NCBI GenBank assembly: GCA_965112155.1
Contig: OZ218102.1
Length of the DNA stretch: 64,000 nucleotides
Source: Podarcis liolepis
Taxonomy: Eukaryota
Direction: 5' to 3' (one strand)
Shown here: in pieces, positions 58,093 to 64,000 of the stretch
Position numbering within the stretch: position 1 is the stretch's first letter
How the letters are laid out: each line of letters starts with the position of its first letter
The notes under the pieces: model-generated
The model's input: the letters and a program-made list of their open reading frames with translations, nothing else
Databases searched by the model: none
Told to the model about the DNA's origin: nothing
Position numbers and translations under genes: made by a program

Positions 58093-59965
58093 TCTTAATA
58101 AATTCCACTCTGACCTGACAAAGCTGGTTTCAGGCTGCTCAGCAGCAATCCAGACTTCAGTGTTAACATATGTTTTTGCCTGAAGATGCCTGTGCTGATC
58201 AACGGAGAGGCATAACTTAAATCCTTTGAACTGCATTCATCTACTTTTGTGATGGTTTTCTCCTTAATCTTTTCATTAATAGAGCTTCCTCCTTGTGCAA
58301 AAGTGGATGAAGGAAACATAATCCTCCTTTGAAATTAAGAGATTTAACAGATTATGGGTGGGGAAGGGCTTGGCATAGACAGAAACCTGTTGTTTAAACT
58401 TGCTTTAGATGTGTTCCTGAAACTATTTGCTTCAGTGAATTTGTCGCCAGTTTTTATTTGGGGGTTATATTGATGGTTTCATTGTCCTTTAGCAAGCAAA
58501 AAGAATGAAAATATCTATAGGGTTCTCCATGTGTACGGTGTGCACCAGAAGTGCCAGTATATTTGGGCACACTTAGATATTTTTGAGTGAGCACTGTCAG
58601 CATCACTCTGGTCACTTCTGCCCCCTTATCCCTGCCCCACACACAGCAGGAAGAGTGTGTCAGCAAACACACTTTGCTTTTACAAGGGCTCTGGGTTAAA
58701 GTCAGATCTGGTAGACTTGATGTGAGCCTTGAAAAGCACCCATAGCTGAGAGAGAAAATGCAAAAGACTTTGATTCTTCCAGCTTTCTTCTTCCTTCAGC
58801 TGCATGCACTTTTTCAAGGGAGAAAAAGCTAACACCTTTGTGCTGGTACTGCAGTAGAAGTTTCAAATATGACCATAAACTCAATAGCTTTAAAATAATA
58901 ATTATAACAACAATGGGAGCACTATGGAGGAAACAGAGAAATTCATAGAGGCTTGTGAAGAATGTAGTCTGGATTCTCTGGAACAAACTGAGAAAGTACT
59001 ACATAAATAATCGGGATAAAAGTTCTCCTCCTTCTTGTTTTAGCCTTTGAGTTTTGCTGCATAGGAATATGGTTGCTGCTGCAAATACATGAAATGGTAG
59101 GAAAATAACTTTTAGCAAAGAACTGGTGCAGAATGCACAGAATGTTACCAGGCAAGGAAATCACCTGCAAGGAAAAAAGTTTTCTGGGTTGATATCTCTT
59201 CCACTTGCCCCTCCCCCCCCCCGGTGTTTGTCAACTTGAACTAAATAAGGTAATTTATTTTTTGTGCTGCCAGGTAGATGAACCTATATGCACACTTTTC
59301 AGCGGGCATGCAGTTGTTCAAGTCCTTATCCAAATGCATTCTAAAGGAAGTGATTCATCTGTTAATCATTAACCTGGTAATACATAAAGCAAGATGACAC
59401 AAGTTCCAGGGCCATAGCCTCAGAGGCCAAGGGTTGCTATGAGACTTTAGAGCCCTTCCTGAATTTTCAGCATTTTATTATTTCATTTGATTAAAGTTAA
59501 TCTTTAGCCCCTGTACTTCATTCTTGAACAACCATGCATGTTTTCCCTTATATGCCCGTAAGTAAACTGTGGCCCCACCTTCTTCTGTCCCACCTAACTG
59601 GTTTGCAAAAGGCACTAAGAGGAGACGAGCATTTGAAACTTTTTTGGTTATGAAGTTATAAATTTAACTTAAATTAATTTGCTTAATTTGCCTGTATTTA
59701 GGCTTCCTTAAGGTCCATTTAATTTGTCAGCGGTCTTGCGAAGCTCCAAAATGCATTAACTTCAAAACAATTTGGCTCCGTTGTTCATAGGTTTTCTGCT
59801 CAGCATAGTTACATGTTCAATATACATAATATGCTCAAGCATCACAGCTCAGTGATCTTTAGCAATTCATCAGATACCCATTCTTACAGTTACTTTGGGA
59901 GAAGGATGGTCTGCTTGAAGGAAATGAGAATGCGCTGTATGCCTAACACCTCTATGTCTTTCTAG

Positions 59966-60508
59966 GACGTGATTGTTGGCAGCCTGATCTCAGCCATATT
60001 AACTGCTCTGGCTTATCCAACTTGGGACCTCCTTGACCACCTGATGCTGACCAGCCCCTGGTGCCCCATGTTCTGCATCGTTGTCCCCCTCATCTTATGC
60101 TACAACTACCCCAAACTGGATTACTATAGCCCCACTAGGGCAGACACAACCACTATTCTGGGAGCTGGAGCTGGAGCAATTACAGGGTTCTGGATAAACA
60201 ACCACTACGTTTCAAATGTTTCGGCTGAAGAAGCGACACACAGCATCCCTTCGGTCACTGGCGAAATGCTCTTGATGGTTCTTGCACAGTTTTTGGTGGG
60301 AATTGCTGTACTGCTGATTATACGGCAGATCATCAAAAGCCTGGCTCTTAAATCACTGTGTTCTTGGTACAAGGTTTCTATTAATGACATTGAAGCTATG
60401 CAGCAAATAGAAATTGAAGTGCCCTATAAATTTATAACCTATTCTACCATCGGCCTGAGTGCTACAGTGCTTGTGCCATTGCTGCATAAATTATTGGGCT
60501 TAAACTGA
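59966..60508 (+). CDS. SGPP2: SGPP2 exon 5 coding part (180 codons plus TGA)
   Basis: Acceptor ctttctag|GAC supplies the C3 Asp; DVIVGSLIS..DYYSPTRADTTTILG..EIEVPYKF..LLGLN stop. Confidence 0.96.
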   Translation, partial: DVIVGSLISAILTALAYPTWDLLDHLMLTSPWCPMFCIVVPLILCYNYPKLDYYSPTRADTTTILGAGAGAITGFWINNHYVSNVSAEEATHSIPSVTGEMLLMVLAQFLVGIAVLLIIRQIIKSLALKSLCSWYKVSINDIEAMQQIEIEVPYKFITYSTIGLSATVLVPLLHKLLGLN

Positions 60509-61280
60509 ATGGTGCACACTTTTTTTTAAGAAGCAGTCCTGATTATAGGGTGCAATAAAAATGCACGCAGAAGCAAAAACTTGAGCAGCAAAGTGTCGTG
60601 CCTTCCTGCATAGCTCTACAACATAGATAATAGTGGAGATCTAAACTGAGTTTCCAATAATTTTTGTTCGCTGCAATCTTTTAACACGCTGTGGCTGCTT
60701 CAGCGACTATGGCTGTCTGAGCTAAACGTTTAGTGCAACTAGAAGCCTGCCATGACAGACAGTCAGATCTGTTCTTCCTAGATCTAGTGGTTTGAAGAGG
60801 TTCTTCAGGGTTGTCAAACCTCAAAACAAGCCCTTCAAGGGATGCAGCCAGATCAGGGTAGTTGGAGAAGAGCCTCCCTTTTAGAAGACAAAGCAAAACT
60901 ACAAAGTAATTATCCTTACAAGCTTAACAGTCTGAGAATTGGGAGGAAGATAAGCACTCTCAGGGAGAAATAAGATGCTGTAAACAGGGAAACTGGGTTG
61001 GCACTGAATCTGGCTGCCCATCTAGCAGGATGACGAACACTGGAGTCATATCTTGCAAAACAGACTCCCAGTCATACAAATTCACATGTATGGGTATAAT
61101 TGTGTTGTGTTCTGAACATATCCATGTTATTAAATTAAGCTGTGTCATGTCTGAAACTGTGCTCTGGTATGGTATGCTATGGCATTGGCCCAGAATGTTG
61201 AAAACAATCACTGCTGCTGTGACTTGTAGGCCACCAAGAAATGAATTGCAAGGACCAAGTAACTGATGGCAAGTGCAAAT

Positions 61281-61329
61281 GTGATTGCAGATTTTATTTT
61301 TTAACGTGATTGCAGATTTATTTTTTAAC
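61281..61329. repeat. 24-25-bp tandem duplication in the presumed SGPP2 3'UTR
   Basis: gtgattgcagatt(t)tattttttaac twice. Confidence 0.88.
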
Positions 61330-62520
61330 ATGTCCTCTTTGTTTCCACTAATTGCTCTTGTGCAAAGTGATATTTCCCATTGGCAATGAAGGCTCCAGCA
61401 AGACCTGTGAAACAACTGTTGCCCTTTTTGGAGCTTGAGGACAGGATGAAACTAGCATTGGTCTGACTTTGACGCCGCCATTCCAGGTGTTGGTAAATTG
61501 CTATCTGCCTGCTGCTTTACATAGATTCCCACTGTAGGGAAGCAAATATAGCACTTATCAGAGCCTTTAAATGAAATGCTGCTTAGACATGCAGATTTGA
61601 GAATTAATGTCTAAATGTTAACCTAACTTTAATATAAACAACAACAACAACAAAAACCTAAACTAGGAATGGCTTAGGATGGGAGAGGGCTATTCTGTTC
61701 ATGTCTTGCCCACGGGTTTCCAATAACGGCATCTGGTTAGCCACTTTAAGAACAGAATCTTGGAACTAGAAGATGCTTCCTTCTGATCCATTAAGACTGT
61801 TCATATATCCTTAAGCTTCAGTATTACATTAAGGGTATAACTCCTACGTATATCCCTGCAATTTGAACTTGTCCTATAAGAAATACAGGGCTCTCATCTT
61901 TCCCGCCATGCTCATTCTTTAGTTAACATGTTCTGTAAAATGTGGGGGTTGTATGAAGGCAAAGACCTGAAACCCACGGGGATTCTAATGACAATACAGA
62001 ACTCCCCTGGAGCAGAATTTTTCAATATAAGTGTGGTTCTCTTCATCATGCTAAAGTAGACGCACTTGCAAGGTAGTGCTGGCATATATGGTATACTTGC
62101 TAAACCCCTCAATCTTCATCTAAATTGGAGGTGAATCTGTTGAGCTGGTAGGCAAGAATATGGGTTGTAAGAGAATATAAGGGTCCCTCCCATCTGCCAG
62201 CTACTGCATTCTCAACATCTCAGCAAATTATCGGTGTAACAGCAAGCTTGCACAGAAACGTGTGGTTGGACAGGGATATATATTTGCAAATAAATTTATG
62301 TGTCCCCGCCTTTGCAATGGCTTCAGATTTAGCTGTAGCTCTAAAACTGCTCTTTTAAATGCATCTATTTTATTCTTTTATGATCACATATGTATGCTGC
62401 GATTTATAAACCACAAGCTGCACAATTTCTATTTTTGTATTGTTTTACTGTAAGTTGTAAAGTGTATTCTGAAAATTCTGACTTTATTCAAACTGAAAAT
62501 GTTTCCAGAAACTATTTTTT

Positions 62521-62526
62521 ATTAAA
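62521..62526 (+). terminator. Candidate distal SGPP2 poly(A) signal ATTAAA (other candidates: AATAAA 60554-60559 and 62289-62294)
   Basis: Hexamer at the end of an AU/GU-rich 3'UTR-like stretch, just before a CR1 insertion. Confidence 0.4.
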
Positions 62527-62656
62527 GCTTATTTTGTCACATACATTGCAAGTGTATTATATAAAGTAGGAGGCTTCTATGAAGCAGGCAGGCATAAATG
62601 CCAAGTGGGCAGAAGATTGAAGGGCAACCCACTATTTTCATGCAGCAGATTTTTTG

Positions 62657-63775
62657 TTCATAGAATTGTAGAGTTGGAAGGGGGTCTTCTAGTCCAACTG
62701 CCTGCAATGCAGGAATCCCAACTAAAGCATCCATGGCAGACGGTCATCCAGCCTCTGCTTAAAAACCTCCAAGGAAGTAGAGTCCACCACCGCCAGAGGG
62801 AGACCATTCCAGTGTTAAATTACTCTTACTGTCAGAAAGATGCTTAGTTGGAATCTCCTTTCTTGTAACCTGAATCCACTGGTTCAGGTTCTACCCTCCA
62901 CAGCAGAAGAAAACAAGCTTGCTCCATCCTCCATATGACAACCCTTCAGGTATCTGAAGATGGTTATTGTATCTCCTCCCAGTCTCCTCTTATCATACCC
63001 AGTTCCCTCAACCATTCCTCCTAAGGCTTGGTTTCCAGACCCTTGATCTTTATTGCCCTCCTCTGCACAAGTTCCAGCTTGTCAATGTCCTTCTTAAATT
63101 GTGGTGCCCATAACTAGACACAGTACTTCAAGTGTGTTCTAACCAAGGCAGAATACAACAGTACTATGACGTCCCTTGATCTGGACACATAACTTCTGTT
63201 GATGCATCCTAGAATAGCATCATTTTTTACAGCTTCATCACTGTTGATTCATGTCATGCTTGTGGTCTACTAGGACCACTACTTGCCTACTGGCAAGCCA
63301 GATGTCCCCCATCTTATATTTGTGCAGCTGGTTATTCTTATTTCATTTTGTTAGCTTTGGGCCAGTTCTCCAATCTGTTACGGTCATCTTGAATCCTGAG
63401 TCTGTCTTCTGCAGCATTAGCTACTCCTCCCAGTTTGGTGTCATCTGCAAATTTGTTGAGTATCACTCAATTCCTTCATCCAAGTCATTTATAAAGGCGT
63501 TGAACAACAACAGACCCAGGACAGAACAAGGAAACATTAGGGGGTACTCTTCGGGTTCCGTCAGCCAACCAGCTACAAATCCAAGTAACTGTCCAGCCCA
63601 CATTTACCAGCTTCTTTGCAAAGGTATCATAGGGGACTTTGTCAAAGAATTACTGAAATCAAGATACACTACATCCACAGCACCCCCTGATCCACCAAGT
63701 TTATAACTATATCAAAAAGAGAGATTTGTCTGGCATTACTTGTGTTTGAGAAACCCATGTGCAGCATTCTTTTTA
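62657..63775 (-). mobile_element. Degenerate CR1 LINE fragment
   Basis: Reverse tail catagaattgtagagttggaaggg; tgtcatctgcaaa is the reverse complement of FADD; tactgaaatcaagatacac corresponds to VYLDFSK. Confidence 0.85.
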
Positions 63776-63830
63776 AATTGGTCACACACTGACTAATTGC
63801 TCACATTACTTCTTCCCAAGGTTCTCAGTA

Positions 63831-64000
63831 CAGTGGTGCCCTGCAAGACGAATGCCTCGCAAGACGAAAAACTCGCTAGATGAAAGGGTTTTGCGTTGCT
63901 TCGCTAGACGAATTTCCCTATGGGCTTGCTTCGCAAGACGAAAACGTCTTGCGTTTTTTTTTAAAGCCGCTTGAAGAGGCGCAGTTGCGACGGACCGTGC
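63831..64000. mobile_element. Tc1/mariner-type MITE, family B, truncated by the window end
   Basis: ta|cagtggtgccctgcaagacgaatgcctcgcaagacgaa. Confidence 0.85.

Larger units (their letters stand above)
31437..60508 (+). other. SGPP2: SGPP2 coding span, CDS join(31437..31649,39906..40064,53825..54004,55349..55438,59966..60508) = 1185 nt, 394 aa
   Basis: Five exons with canonical GT-AG introns, all phase 0. The protein matches SGPP2 (LLDSQPVARFQRCCGLFP, QEVFYITFLPF, EIEVPYKF) and has the PAP2 motifs KxxxxxxRP, PSTH and SRxxxxxHxxxD. Confidence 0.96.

Overview
Vertebrate nuclear DNA, almost certainly from a squamate reptile and probably a lacertid lizard (inferred from Sauria SINEs, a BovB/RTE LINE, L2 and CR1 3' ends, and Tc1/mariner MITEs). 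It holds three protein-coding genes. Two are intronless, GC-rich, minus-strand RING-HC genes with two C-terminal transmembrane helices, arranged in tandem about 10 kb apart: an RNF228 orthologue candidate (6969-7913) and a divergent paralogue (17798-18598). The third is a complete five-exon SGPP2 (sphingosine-1-phosphate phosphatase 2, 394 aa) on the plus strand (31437-60508). The rest is transposon-rich intergenic and intronic DNA, including five solo LTRs with TG..CA ends (one mutated to TA) and 5-bp target-site duplications, nested insertions and an internal duplication in SGPP2 intron 2. The most notable observations are the extra RNF228-like ligase (conserved RING core, rewritten membrane anchor), an in-frame AUG-UGA start-stop element in the RNF228 leader, a solo LTR whose empty target site survives as a nearby duplicate, and an intronic duplication whose history can be ordered from sequence. 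Gene and repeat names come from recognising sequence and motifs; no searches were run.
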